A stretch of 64,000 bases of DNA from Fimbriosthenelais zetlandica (lineage: Eukaryota). Positions 10,875-23,756 of this stretch are shown one piece after another. The stretch covers positions 16,306,001-16,370,000 of the forward strand of contig OZ365114.1 of NCBI GenBank assembly GCA_977030845.1. Reading direction: 5' to 3'. How positions within the stretch are numbered: position 1 is the stretch's first letter; every line of letters starts with the position of its first letter. The position numbers were made by a program, and so were the translations under genes. The notes below the pieces were generated by a model, which was not told the DNA's origin, did no database searches, and saw only the letters and a list, made by a program, of their open reading frames with translations.

Positions 10875-12770
10875 ATGTATTCCTATGTTTTACTTTTTGC
10901 CGGTTTGTTGTCAGCATCCTCAGCTGCATCCCTCAAGGAAGGTAACTATTTCAATAACTCAATATTTTGGAACATTGCATTTTTTAAATGCCTGAAATCT
11001 CAAGTCTTGTGGACATGCTAATCATCGTTTCTTTTTCAAAAAAACAACTGTTAATTCAATGGAGGGGATATAATTATGTTACGTGTACAATTATGGTACA
11101 AGTGTACATCCAGGAAGGTTAAGTATGAAACGGGTTATAGGGATAGAAGGACAGGAGTATGGGACTCGGCCCTAATGCTATCATATATTTCGTAAGTGAT
11201 TCTTTGATAATTTTACTCCGTCCTATTTCAGGTGATTCGGACAAATTTATAGTAGGTGGGGATGAAGTGGAAAAGGTTGGAAAGTATCCGTGGCAATGTG
11301 GTTTACAGTGGAATGCCCAACATACTTGTGGTTGCGCAGTGATCGATGAAAAATGGGTGGTCACAGCAGCTCATTGCCTGTGGCAAAATTCGTCGTAATG
11401 ACTTTCAAATTCTTTTTAAGATTATACTTTATATTCCAGATAAAACATCCGGGCTAACTCATACCCTCTGGATAATTATAGAGCATAAAATAACCATATA
11501 ACGTACATTTAGCAAAATCATATTATTTGTCATTGCCTTAATTATCCTTTAAAATATAAATGAATTTCGCAGCGTCGCTTCCCTTTCTAGAACCGGTTAC
11601 AGAGTTCTAGTTGGTGCACATGATCATGAGGGTTTGATACATGGCCGACCCACCTTCCATTACGTGTACAACTATACTATAGTAAGTGTTATTACAATAG
11701 ATAACTATGGTATCTTAATGCAGGTTGCTCAATAATAGATATCTAGACCATGGTTAAACTATATCCTGTCATAAAGAATACAAGTCCCTGACTGAGACAA
11801 GAATGGGCCCCTTTAGGAAGGGGCAATGGCCCATCGATGTAAATCTAGTCCCAAGGCCAGCAAGAAAAGTTTAAATAATTCTATGGAAATGTTTTTTCAA
11901 TAGCATCCTGACTTCGAGATGAACTCTGCCAAAGGCTTTCCCAATGACATTGGTGTGGTAGAGCTCAGCTCCTCCATTGACATGTCCTCTAGCTATGTCA
12001 AAGCCATCCAAATGTATGACGGTCCGGAAGATTTTGCTAATGACAAGTGTATCATCAGTGGCTGGGGATTAACAGATGGTAAATCAATGACATTTCTAAT
12101 CATTATCTAAAAAATGACTTGTTATTTGTCAAACATAGTTCATGTATATTTCACACAATGCTTAAAAATTAATTAGATATGCAACCCTCGCATTAAAATA
12201 AACTTATTATTTCGTTTGTAGGAGGTGTTAATGACAACCCTAATAATTTACAATATGCCAGAGTAGAAGTATACTCCAATGACTATTGTAAGACCTTCTA
12301 CTCTTCCATCTTTGATGGTCATGTGTGCAGTGGAGTTTATGCGGAGAAAGGCGCTTGCAATGTAAGTGCTAAACAAGTGCCATCAATTCTTCAGTTAGAT
12401 GTCTCTTTTCAACTTGAAAAGGGTTATGTTTTATGCCATCATTTTCAGCAGAGACATGCAATAATTAAGTCCACAAATGACTTTCTGTATTATAGAAACT
12501 ATAATATATTTTTTATTCAACATCAATATATATAACATTACCCAAGTTTCATTAACAATGCACTTTACTTACCACCTTTTTGCGAAATGCTTTATGAAAT
12601 TCGTGTTTTAGGGCGATTCAGGCGGCCCCCTTGTATGTAACCATTTTGGAGAGTTTGTCCTGGTTGGTTTGACATCGTTTGGACGCTTTGGATGCGACAC
12701 TAAAGCCCCATCTGCGTACGCACGTATGAGCCACTATAGGTCATGGGTCAAATCTGTCACAGGCGTTTAA
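10875..12770 (+). CDS. Secreted S1A serine protease, chymotrypsin/earthworm fibrinolytic enzyme (lumbrokinase)-like, about 265 aa, 6 exons
   Basis: Exons 10875-10941 (signal peptide MYSYVLLFAGLLSASSA), 11232-11394 (F|IVGG, TAAHC), 11591-11681, 11904-12078 (FPNDI, CIISGWGLTDG), 12222-12361 (GACN) and 12612-12770 (GDSGGPL, TSFG, PSAYARM, TAA). The His/Asp/Ser triad is intact. CVISGWG.TDG and GACNGDSGGPL are recalled from Eisenia fibrinolytic enzyme A. Confidence 0.95.
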
Positions 12771-12780
12771 CACCTTGATT

Positions 12781-12786
12781 AATAAA
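12781..12786 (+). terminator. Polyadenylation signal of the protease gene
   Basis: AATAAA 10 nt after the stop codon. Confidence 0.65.
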
Positions 12787-13785
12787 GGGTCAAGAAACAT
12801 TAATTTCTCGGGAAATGACTCATTATTAAAATGTAAATAACTCGGATAAGTATGAGACATATAATGAGCGAGAGAGAGAGAGATTTAAAGTCAATTATTT
12901 GAAGTTGTAGCGCTACAAAAAATCCTTTCTATGCAGTATCACAGGCCACTGAATAACTATAGATTCATAACCAAATACAATATACAATCACTATTACAAA
13001 GGCATAACCATCTATAACTCTGTGGTTACCTTCTGTCAAAGTTTTTGACGAATATTGTATGCAAGAATGGTTGCCGCATAATGATTTGTAATCAGCATGT
13101 TGTATTGAATTTATATTACTATTATATCAGTGAGATCTTCTTGGAGTATGGCACGATAAGTAGAAAAAATGGGCAATTTAAATTATTCACAACGAATTTG
13201 ATCCTCTTTCTAAGAGGAATTATTAATTGGGAGCTAAAGAAATTGCACTGGGCAAAAGAAAACCGTTGGATAAGTGACATGCATGTATCTCATTAGCAAA
13301 TGCGGCATCTATATACTAATACGTGCACGTAAAATTAGTATATATAATTTAGATATTATGGACGAATTCCTCCGTTTACCCTCGTGAAACTTTCTGGTTC
13401 TGCCAACGCAGTTTAACTCTCTTGCAACATCTGTGCTATGCATTTACGCCTACTGCATAAATATAATACGGTAATAATGCTTTTGTAATAGCTAGGCTAT
13501 AAGAACCTAACCACATATAATACATAAAAAGTATTGCAATGCAATTGCATGATTATAATTACATGTATATATAAATTGGAATAATAAATAATACACACTT
13601 TTAAAACACACTTTTAAACAGATCTTACTCCAGTATCAATGAACAGAATGTGTTACAAAAGAAATTATACATTAGTTATAAATTACCCAACAAAATATCA
13701 CTCTGAACACTGGGCCTATAATATCGTAGGCCATATGTTTTATAAGTATTGTTGTACAACAACCAATCTGTCCTGGATATAATTA

Positions 13786-16026
13786 TTATGCCTTGGCCTC
13801 TCCATTCTCTCTCACTAAGTCTTGCACTTCTTTCACTTCCAATTCCATGGACGACTTTTTAGTCTTCTTCTGCATAAAGTATAGAAGGAGGAAGACCCCT
13901 CCACTCAAGATCTGAACGATACCATATACCACAAAATTATATGCGACAAAATCAGTCCAATCATATAGAATACCTGAAATTAAACAAAAATAGTCACTGA
14001 CATTCCAATGGCATAGTTAGAATGCTTGCAAAGTAAAAGAAAATATTCATTGTACGCTCATTGTTAATATTGCGGGATGGTAAATGAAAAAACTAAAAGA
14101 GTGCGAGTTATTACCTGCAATGAAGAGAGTAACTAAATGGTCGATCCCGATAAAGAAGGCCGTAGTGCCTACAGCAGCAGGCAGATGCTCTATGTCTACT
14201 ATATCTCTAATGACAGGGGTCACAAGCACCATGTAAGTCGCTGAAAACAGAAGAAGACAATTGAGAAACTACTGTCATTAAAGGCCAATGAAAATGAATA
14301 TATTTCGGTTACACATGGAATTGGTTGGTTTTCCCTCTTCAAAAGTTGGCTTTAGCCATTTGAGTAAAGTCATGTTCATATCAATTAGGCCTAATACATT
14401 TTCATAACAAGGATAAAGTATTGCTGATCTTACCTGAACTAATGGCATAGAGGGATGCATAGATTACTAGATGGTAAAACTCAGTATAGATCAGGGCTAA
14501 TACTGAAAGTATACCCCCGATGATAGCCCAGGAGGCAAGCATCAGAGAACTGTCTACCTTATCAGCTACAAAACCAATGCCCACCCTTAAGAAACCATTG
14601 ACAGCACCAAATATTGATAACAGGATTCCTCCCAGATATTTGGAGATATTATTGTCCCTCGCCAGAACCGGACACATCATGTAGAAGTTGATGAATCCAC
14701 ACTGCATGAGAACGAAGCCCAGGAGTGCAACAGGATATATAGGGTAGAATTCCTTGAGGGGATAGACAGTATTATACATCAGCTTAGTACAGGTGCTTTT
14801 GGCATTCGTGCCACATGTCCTACGGCTCTCAGGGGACTTCAGATGACTACCATTAGGTGCGTGGGAGCCATTTTCAACAGCCCCAGTTTCTTGGACCTTA
14901 TTATCCGCGAGTTGAGTCCTTTCTTCAGATGTAGCGTCTATTTTGGAAATGTCATTTTTATTATTCTTGTTATTGGCTGCAGGGAGAGATTCTTTAGAGT
15001 TTGCCAGCTGGTCAAATGATACGGGTCGGATGAGGGCTACGTAGATGAGGGTGTGCAGTTGCAGAGCCCCAAGAATGGCCATTGCACCACGCCAGCCATA
15101 CTGGTCTATGAGGTATCGACTGACAAAAGGCCATATGAACACACCAGCACTGAGACCAGCTGTGTGGATGCCACTGGCCAAAGCTCGTTTCTTATCAAAA
15201 TAGCATTGAACGGCCATCATGCTCATTAAGAACATGTTGATGAAGGAAAGACCTAAAAAGAAATGCATGGATATAAATTCTCAATCTTTCAGCCCTTAAA
15301 ATCTTTTCTAAATATTACTTCTAGAAGTTTCTAACCCAGAAAATACTCTTCTTGATATAAATGTGTATATGTTGAGTGATAATGTTCTACATACTTCCGC
15401 ATATACCTGATCCGAGGTATAGCATGGCGATGTTGGATGCTGAGGCTGTCACAATAAAGCTGATGCAGGCACCGAGGCCGGATGCAAAACCAAACTTCCT
15501 AAAGCCATATTTCTTAATGAGCATACTTGATACATTACCTTGATGGAAGAGAAAAAAGTCAGTACATTTCAGAAGTCTTACACTTTTACTTTTTGGAAAA
15601 ATAGAAAATCCGAAAATATGGGCTATGGCGGAATCACCTGATGTCCACCCATATATACAAATAATTTCTCTTTCAGTAGGTATTACATATCCATGATGCA
15701 AAAAAAATCTTAAACTCACCAAATATGAAACCCAGAGAAGTCAGCAAGGAACCGATCCACACTAGGGAAGATTTCTTCACGTCAAAATATTCCATGTATT
15801 CCACTAGAAAGATCCCAAAATGGGAGAGGAGGCAGGAATAGTGGAGGGCTAACATGAAACATGCAGCCAACACTACCCAACTGTAACCCGAGTCCTGAGG
15901 GGGACGAAGGTTTTTCTTGACTCTGCCCTTTCTTCCACCATTGTTATTAACATTCAAGGGCTGACTAACATTGTTGTCTCCTTCTTTTTCCTCTCCTCCT
16001 TTGTCATCAAAATTGGGGTCTGTCAT
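13786..16026 (-). CDS. SLC16/monocarboxylate-transporter-family MFS protein (MCT-a), 5 coding exons
   Basis: Exons 16026-15720 (PPQDSGYSWVV), 15538-15395 (YGFRK), 15252-14434 (YFDKKRALASGI, YGWRGA, VNGFLR), 14240-14115 and 13973-13786 (LYDWT, TAA). Phases are consistent. The specific SLC16A orthologue is not assignable. Confidence 0.92.
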
Positions 16027-17688
16027 CCTTGCTGGCTACCAGAGAAGTGCCTTTATCACTGGATCTCCGGTTACTGTGAAAACAAAGAAGAAACATTTTA
16101 GGTTTTCCATGGGAAATGTAGCTAGTACTACAAACTCATTTTTCTGATAACCTTTTATCATGGGGGATTAAAACTGTATTCTAAAACGGCAAATCCTTTA
16201 AGCGACAGTTGAGTGTCTCCAGTTGTTGGTCGGGATGTGTACATATACTTGCAATGAAAACCGATGGCCACTCCGAAAGCAGTCAACATAAATAAAACTG
16301 TTTAAAAACTGCATGGGGCAGAGGGGAGATCTAATAGATTCAAAGTCTGTTTAAACCCTATCTTAAAGATTTGCTGTCTGCATGGACAATAATGAAACCA
16401 TTTGTGGACGTTTTAAATATCCACTGACTAGCACCTGCTCCTTCCTATAAGCATCAGTCTGATGCTGTTCGTATTTACATATATAAGAGGGTTTTAGTGA
16501 CAACTGGTTATTCCCATAGATATTCCTATTTTATTTTCTGTGGTATTATACATACTAAACCATCACATAAACATAGGAAGTACAATGTGGAAACTACTTT
16601 GAATGCACAGCACCTCAAAAGCAAAAAAAAACACCCCCTTCGCATGCTTGATGCATAACCTACATTGATGGCATGATTGTATTTGCTCATCCATCATATG
16701 GATGAACCAAGAACAAACTTACCAATGAAAAGAAACAGTAAGACGAAGTGAAGTATCCAAAAGGTAGGTACGACATAAGGAAAACTTAATTTGAAATAAG
16801 TTTGGTCGCTTTTATCACAGAATTGAGATGAATCATGAACATGTAAGATCTTGTTGACTGTTTTATATGTGAGTAAAGTTACATATTGGAATCTATAGGG
16901 GGAATACCCTCTTGCTCTTCACTTGTAAAACATCTTATTTTTTCCCCTGGGAAAGAATTAAGGAGGGAGATACCCACACTCAGAAGGGATACACACACTC
17001 TAGAAGGAAAGTGAGACAACATAAAAACATCCTGAGCTTTCTTACACTTTTGGATATAGCAAGTACAACACGTACTATGAGATGAAACAATTGAATAGAT
17101 TAAGCATATGCAAACAGGACCAGATGTCCTTTCCACTTCATAGTTTAGAGTATTTACTAAGAAAGAAGGCATAGAGTGCAATTATTCAAAATCTGTGTTG
17201 AACCGTGAAACAATTATTTCCTTACCTTCTATGCACCAGTAACTACAATGCCCTATATCAAACTGATATAAATCCTCGACGTTAGAATGCTTGCAAATCC
17301 TCCAAATATCACCTTTTTCCAAGCCCAAGAGTATCAGTTGATGATTTTAAGGTATAACCTTCCAACCTTCTGGCGTATAATTTTAGAAGTACACCTCTAT
17401 TTTATACCCTTTTTCTCTTGACCAGGTAACTCAGACCACCTCTATAGTATCTCTATGTACAAGTGAGAGTATAGTGTGTTCTTCCGTAGGGCTGTAGGTC
17501 TCACTGCAGTAAGCAGCTACAGCGGGGGAAACACATGGGTACTTACCCAGAAGAGTATACATGTATAAGACAGCTTTCACTTTCACTCAGCTGTTTTCCA
17601 GAAATTTGCAGGTGCCAAGATCTAGAAAAACCTGAAATGATTACCTACTTTACAATTTGCTCGATTACATCCCAAGAAGTTTCCCTTA

Positions 17689-17891
17689 AGCCGGGACTCC
17701 ACTGCTGCGATTTTACTTGCGACACTACTGCGACAAAGGTGATGCTTGTGAAGTTGTGCAAGAATAAAATTTATAAATTGTGATTCAAGTGTCCAAGGCC
17801 GTCCTCCAATTGTAAATTTATCATTGAAACACAAGCATCACCTTTGTCGCAGACGTGTCGCAAACAAAATCGCAGCAGTGGAGTCCCGGCT
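17689..17891. mobile_element. Non-autonomous MITE, PIF/Harbinger (Tourist)-type, 203 bp
   Basis: About 60-bp near-perfect terminal inverted repeats (agccgggactccactgctgcgatttt...gacaaaggtgatgcttgtg and its reverse complement) flanked by a TTA target-site duplication (17686-17688 and 17892-17894). A 3-bp TWA duplication is typical of PIF/Harbinger. Confidence 0.85.
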
Positions 17892-18942
17892 TTACTTTTA
17901 AAAAGCTGTTATTAAGTTTCACGCGACTCATGCAGGCATACAGTTTTCATCCTCATCCCAGTATTCGTTTTCTTTCAGGTACATAACGATGTCCTCATAG
18001 TCAAAAAACATTGTTGTATGGACAAATGTATAATATAAATAATTACGTTGGAACTGATCTGTTCTGGAGTATCATGCCCAGAAATTTTCTTCAACCTCTT
18101 TCTCAATATTTGGGTATATAATGCATATGCAAGCAGACATACAATAAGGTCGGATGCTGTTGATGTAGGACACCTAACTGTCTAAGGCATGATAACTATG
18201 TGTATACATATGTATGACCAAATCAGAGAGGGGTCTGTCCTTTGTCAAAAGAGAGACAGTTCACTGAGAAACTTGCCGATGTGCCATCCGAGAGCAGCGC
18301 TACCTCTTTACAACATATACCCTTGGCAAGTAACACTACTACTTAACAGTGTAAAAAGAAAAACAAACAAATCAGTACGTTGCTTTCAGAGGTAGGATTA
18401 GCTGACATGAATCCATATATATATAGGGAAAGGCCCAAAATGTAAGTAAATAATAGTAGAAAGAATAGATAATGTTACATAATTATGTGATTTCAAATTT
18501 GATGCATCCCTCATGTTTACAGACTGCTATCAGATTATCAGTATTATGGCAATTTATGAGTATTAGTCATGTTTATATGTTCACCATAATTGTGTGACGG
18601 CTAGTATGCGGGTGGTTTAGAAGATGCAGTGTGTTAGTGAGAGCTTAAAAATGGATAGCATCTGAGCGCCACACTTTTGATACTTGGAAGAGCAAACAAA
18701 ACAAGGGACCTGGTCATATAATAAAGAGGCTCAGAAAAGAATAAATGGGAATGATTTTAACATTTCTGTCGACATTATGATGAAATAAATAGATGAGACA
18801 TGTCCAGATAATACTGAATGTGAATTTGTTGCCTGGAAGTGAGGAGGTTAGTTCTGATATACTAGTTTACCGCAGATGGGTATCTTTTGTCGATGGAATC
18901 TAAGGCAAGTGATATGATTGGTCTATTATGATACAGACTTAT

Positions 18943-18956
18943 CAACCCTTTGACCT
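18943..18956. promoter_or_regulatory. HNF4/DR1-like nuclear receptor site upstream of MCT-b (equivalents at 23300-23313 and 26898-26911)
   Basis: CTTTGACC core (reverse strand RGGTCAAAG) at an equivalent position upstream of all three paralogues. Function is inferred. Confidence 0.4.
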
Positions 18957-19586
18957 ATAATCTAATCAGGGACGGATGTAGGATATGATGAGCCTTTAAA
19001 GCGCGGGTCCAGGCCTCTGGCCCAAAATGTATAAATTTGAGCGATCAAAAATCCTATTTGACGCTGGTACTGACTCCCTGGAACCATCCAATCCAAATCA
19101 TCCTAAAATTGCGGTTCATAACTAAATTTATACAGTATTAGTTATTGTCTTGGATTTAAGTTTAGCAGCAGAAGGGATAAAGATCTGTAGACAATGCTGT
19201 GGTTGGAAGTGGCAAGGATCAAGTATATAATGTAGGCCCTATCATTTACATGATTATCGATATAATGTAAACCACACTCACACAGGGCTAACTGAGCGCG
19301 TGTATAGATCTATAATATACCGATTTTAATTTTATTCATTGTGTTTATGGTAAGTATAATACATATATGGGCTGAATTTGGGCTGTTACTTATTTTATAA
19401 TCTATTTTAAAAGTAAGTATATTTTTTATATAAACCAGCACTTGTAAAAGGTTAAAACCATGTATCCATAATTATGGTTGATATTATCAGAATAGGAGTA
19501 AAGGGTATTTAAGTCTAATAATATCATTTTTTATGTTACAGAATATGACAGAAGGATTCTAATCAAGGTGTGCATCAAGATCAAAG

Positions 19587-22500
19587 ATGACTTTTCAGAC
19601 AGACCAGGGCTATAGTTGGGTTGTACTCTTTGCTGTTTTTATGCTTAATGTGCATTTTGGAGGAGGCGCAGGCACACACGGCATTTTCCTTGTCGAGTTT
19701 TTCCAATATTTTCAAGTCTCCAAGGCAACGATAACCATTCTGACAGGCCTGCATTTAAGTATCGGCTTCATTATGGGTAATTCTTGAATACTATTCAAAG
19801 GATTTGCTTGATATTTTAATGTGAATGGTTGGAGTGAATGCGATGTTTGAAAAATTATTGTTTTTGCGTGCCCATTTCATGGATAGATGTAAAGTCGATC
19901 CAAAAGCCTTATATATATTCAAGACGTGTTCCACGAATACTTCAGATGGGAAGACAAATTGGAATTAAATGCAGCACAGGAAACCGTCTATTTAGACTAG
20001 TGAGATAGATACAAATTTGTATCAAGAATCATCGCAAGAATCGGTGTACTTTTGGAACAAGCCAGATTAAAAATCCTATACTCCAACTTTTGATTAAACA
20101 ATCTTCAGAGCTAAATGCTTGCTATTTTTCAGGATTTCCAATTAGCTGGCTGTGTAACATTGTTGGGTTTCGCCCAGTCGCTATTGCAGCTGCCGTCCTT
20201 TCAGCTGGCAGTCTCCTGGCAAGTTCATTTGCTCCCAACATCGCAGTAATGTATGTCACCTTCGGTGTTATGGCCAGTGAGTATCTATATGATATACTAC
20301 AATTATTACGTAATAGATGGGCAGTAATCATTCATCGAGCACGCAAAGTCATACGAACGCTACATACTACAAAGCTTTTGTGAGAACCGAAAATCATTTA
20401 ACATTTTAAAGGATAAAAGACCTGGGAACTACTGAAAAAAAGGTTTAATGGGAGCATAGTATGAAGGAAGGGTATAATAGAAGGTATCCATCAACCAAAA
20501 TATGGAAGGAATTCGGGAAATAAGAAATGAAAAAGACAGAAGGAGGATATTCAAGCATAATGTATGACACTAAAGTACCGAAAGTGAGAAACAAATGAAC
20601 AACCAAAGGAAGCAAGTATCACCCTATGTGAAGCTTTCTCTAATGATGGCGTGTCGCCTTGTTCAGTCTAGAGGGATACGTTGATCGGTCCATCACTGCC
20701 CACATATATATTACATCCAGGCCCCACAATCAGCAACATCACCATCACAGCACCCAAGGCTGAAGCCAGCGGGATTAGGTGATTTGCCTGTGTCATCGAT
20801 TGCAAAGCTGAATATTTTGGCGAGCCCAAGCCGTCTTACATGTATAGGCCCCTATAACCGCGGCAGATGAGCATGTTGCCCAATTGCTTTTCACACCAAA
20901 TACCATTATACAGAAATTCTTGTTCATCCAAAAAGGGTGAAGATAGATAGATACAATTATATATATTAAGGATGTTTTAAAAAGGTTATCGCAGAAGAGG
21001 TAAAGCTCTTCAATCATAACCAGACTTAGTTATAGACCTAACAGGAAATGGACAGGCAATTTGTGACCATGTCATATGAGTGAGGCAAGGACATAATGAT
21101 ACCATCATTTTATGGACTAGACGGCATACTTCTATATGAGTCTCTCATTACCTCTTATGCATTATTATGCCTTCGTGATTATATAGGACTAACCTTAAGC
21201 AAATATTGTATTGATGATTATGTACTAGAACATTAAGCGAGTTCAACTGAGAGTAACTGGCAATACCGAAAGGCATGCCTATATTTTTTCTCATTCAACA
21301 GTATATCAAGGTAGTTCGTACGTTATCTTATGTTATATCATTAATCTTTCCTGATCATTTCACTCAACATTGTTTCAGGTGTTGGTCGATCTACCCTGTA
21401 CAATACAGGAAGTATGGCTGTCCAACTTTACTTTGACAAAAAACGAGGCCTTGCCTCTGGTGTGGTCATCTGTGGCATCAGTGTTGGGGTCTTCATATGG
21501 CCGCCATTCATTCGCTGGGTTATAGACCTGTATGGTTGGAGGGGCGCCTTCATGATTAATGCCGGTATCCATCTACATGCCCTGGCCTTCGCCCTGTTAT
21601 TGAGACCCATTCCTAAAGTTGTCAGTGTCCAACAGCCAGCTGTGCCACAAGAGACAGAATTGTCCGCGCATACTAATGATGATGACAGAGTGGAGGAAGC
21701 AAGGACTGAATGTCTCATGGAAAAGTCCAAGGCAGAACCAGACAAACATGGTAGAGAGAGAGGAGGGGGACGTTTGTCTATCTTCAGGATATTGACTGAT
21801 TATCCACTATTGATACCTCATCTTTTTGGGGTTTGTGCCATCCAGATTGGACACACAATTCCCTACAGTCTGGTTCCTGTTCGGGCCAAGGTAAGAATGA
21901 TTTTCAGGGGCAGTATAATTATGTTACTTTATTATAGGCCTAATATTATGATACTAATAATTAGACTAGACTTGTCTCTTTACATTCAATCCTGATCTCT
22001 TCACTATGTAACCACATTGAGGACGATGAATAGGTCCCATGTTCACTGAGCTGTTCTTTTCGTACCTCAGGTTGGCCCCCATAAGTAATTGAAGTAATCA
22101 AAACATTCAGATCCCACCCCCCGACCGATCGGTAAATGCTGCTGTTAAAGGAGTCTGTTCATTTCAATGCATTCAATGACTTGAGAATCCTCTATCTCTG
22201 CATGCATGGGTGGCATGCCATGACCGTAATCAATCATGATAATTTGACTGTTTCTGTTCTGCAGGCCTTGAACATTGACAAAACAAGGGCAGCCACCTTG
22301 ATGTCTATTATTGGTATAGTTTCTCTGTGTGTCCGTGTGGTACTTGGCTATGTCGGGGATATCAAGTATGTGCATCGAGGCCTTCTCTGTGGTCTGTCAG
22401 GGTTGCTGGCAAGTGCCATCACTGCCCTATCCTCTCTCTTCACCACCTACACTCTAATGGCCATCTACTCAGGACTCTGGGCCATCTTGGCAGGTATGCT

Positions 22501-23099
22501 TGACCCTTTGTACCCATTGCCAGTCAATTACAAGCCCATACTACACTGAAACCTGTCGTTATTCAATTGTACTCACCGAGCAGCCGTGGCTCCTTCACAA
22601 TGCGTACCCTCGCTCTCTATTCAAGTGTCTCCATGTTGAATAATTTGTGGTTCTTTCTTCACGCCTCTCCTTCCATCAGCTCCCTATGTTGCCCTACAGG
22701 CGGCAGCAGTAGTGGATATTGTCGGGGTAGAGAATACAGAGACTGGAATAGGCTACTTATCTCTAGCCATAGGTATAGCATCGCTCACCGCCCTGTCTGT
22801 CTCAGGTATCAGGATGAATCTCAAATGTCGCTAACCTATTATCTATAGTTTAACATGTTCCTTGCTGTAAGACCAATATAGTGATTTTATATATCTTATT
22901 TACTATAATCTGGCATGAGTGTAAAAAGTTGATATTCTACTTTGCAGGTTTGATTCTTGATCGCTTAACGGACCCCAAATATGTCTTTCTATTCATTGGA
23001 AGTGAAGCAGTGTTAGGAGGGTTAATTGTTGTATCCACAGCGTCTGTCAATATTTGGTGGAAAAGAAAAAAGTCAACAAATAAACGACTAAATACCTAG
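19587..23099 (+). CDS. SLC16/MCT-family transporter, tandem paralogue 1 (MCT-b), 6 coding exons
   Basis: Exons 19587-19776, 20133-20276, 21379-21890, 22265-22493, 22680-22805 and 22948-23099. Motifs TDQGYSWVV, GFRPV, YFDKKRGLASG, YGWRGA, VSLCVR, LILDRLTD. Open reading frame throughout. Confidence 0.92.
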
Positions 23100-23756
23100 T
23101 TACATTTGTTATTTGTTTCATTATGAATGAAGCAATTCATGACCTGGTATGGGAAACTTGGGTTATTCTTAAAAAGACGACATTTGGTCACATTTGATGA
23201 ACAAGAGTGTTGCCACAATAGTTAGTTTTACTTATACGTGCACTAGCAGATACTGCAAACTCTTTTGCATGGAAGGGCAGTATTGATATATACATTATCT
23301 GGCTCTTTGACCCTGTAACCTATATTATACTAAATTCCTATATACTTAAATTATAATCATTATCTGTTATTTCATCTTGGACCAAATACTGTGCTTTGAC
23401 CCATTTGATTGGATTGAGACGGATTGAAATGTTATAAGGACATGTTTTACATGGTTTCTACACATGGCGCTAGTGAATATATCATACGGTTTTATTATCG
23501 AGCACAACAGGCCGGACCCGTCGTTTTACGAAGAGATAGTGCCCCTGCTCGACATAAGAATATATTTAGGTTAGTATAAATTTTGACGACAAAATAATTA
23601 TAAGACGTATGAGACTTTCTACATCTACACAGAAATAGATGTATGGGATATTGTAATCATTATTGTAAATACCGTCATACTCTTGTATGATAATCAATGG
23701 TAATACCATTGTGTAAAATTCATATTACAGAATGAGAGTGTGAAACTAGAGCAAAG

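Noticed and set aside
18967-19100. MITE-like insert (cagggacggatgtagg...) in the MCT-b promoter
   Set aside because: Spacing is longer than in the paralogues, but no matching right TIR or TSD could be found, so it was not called.
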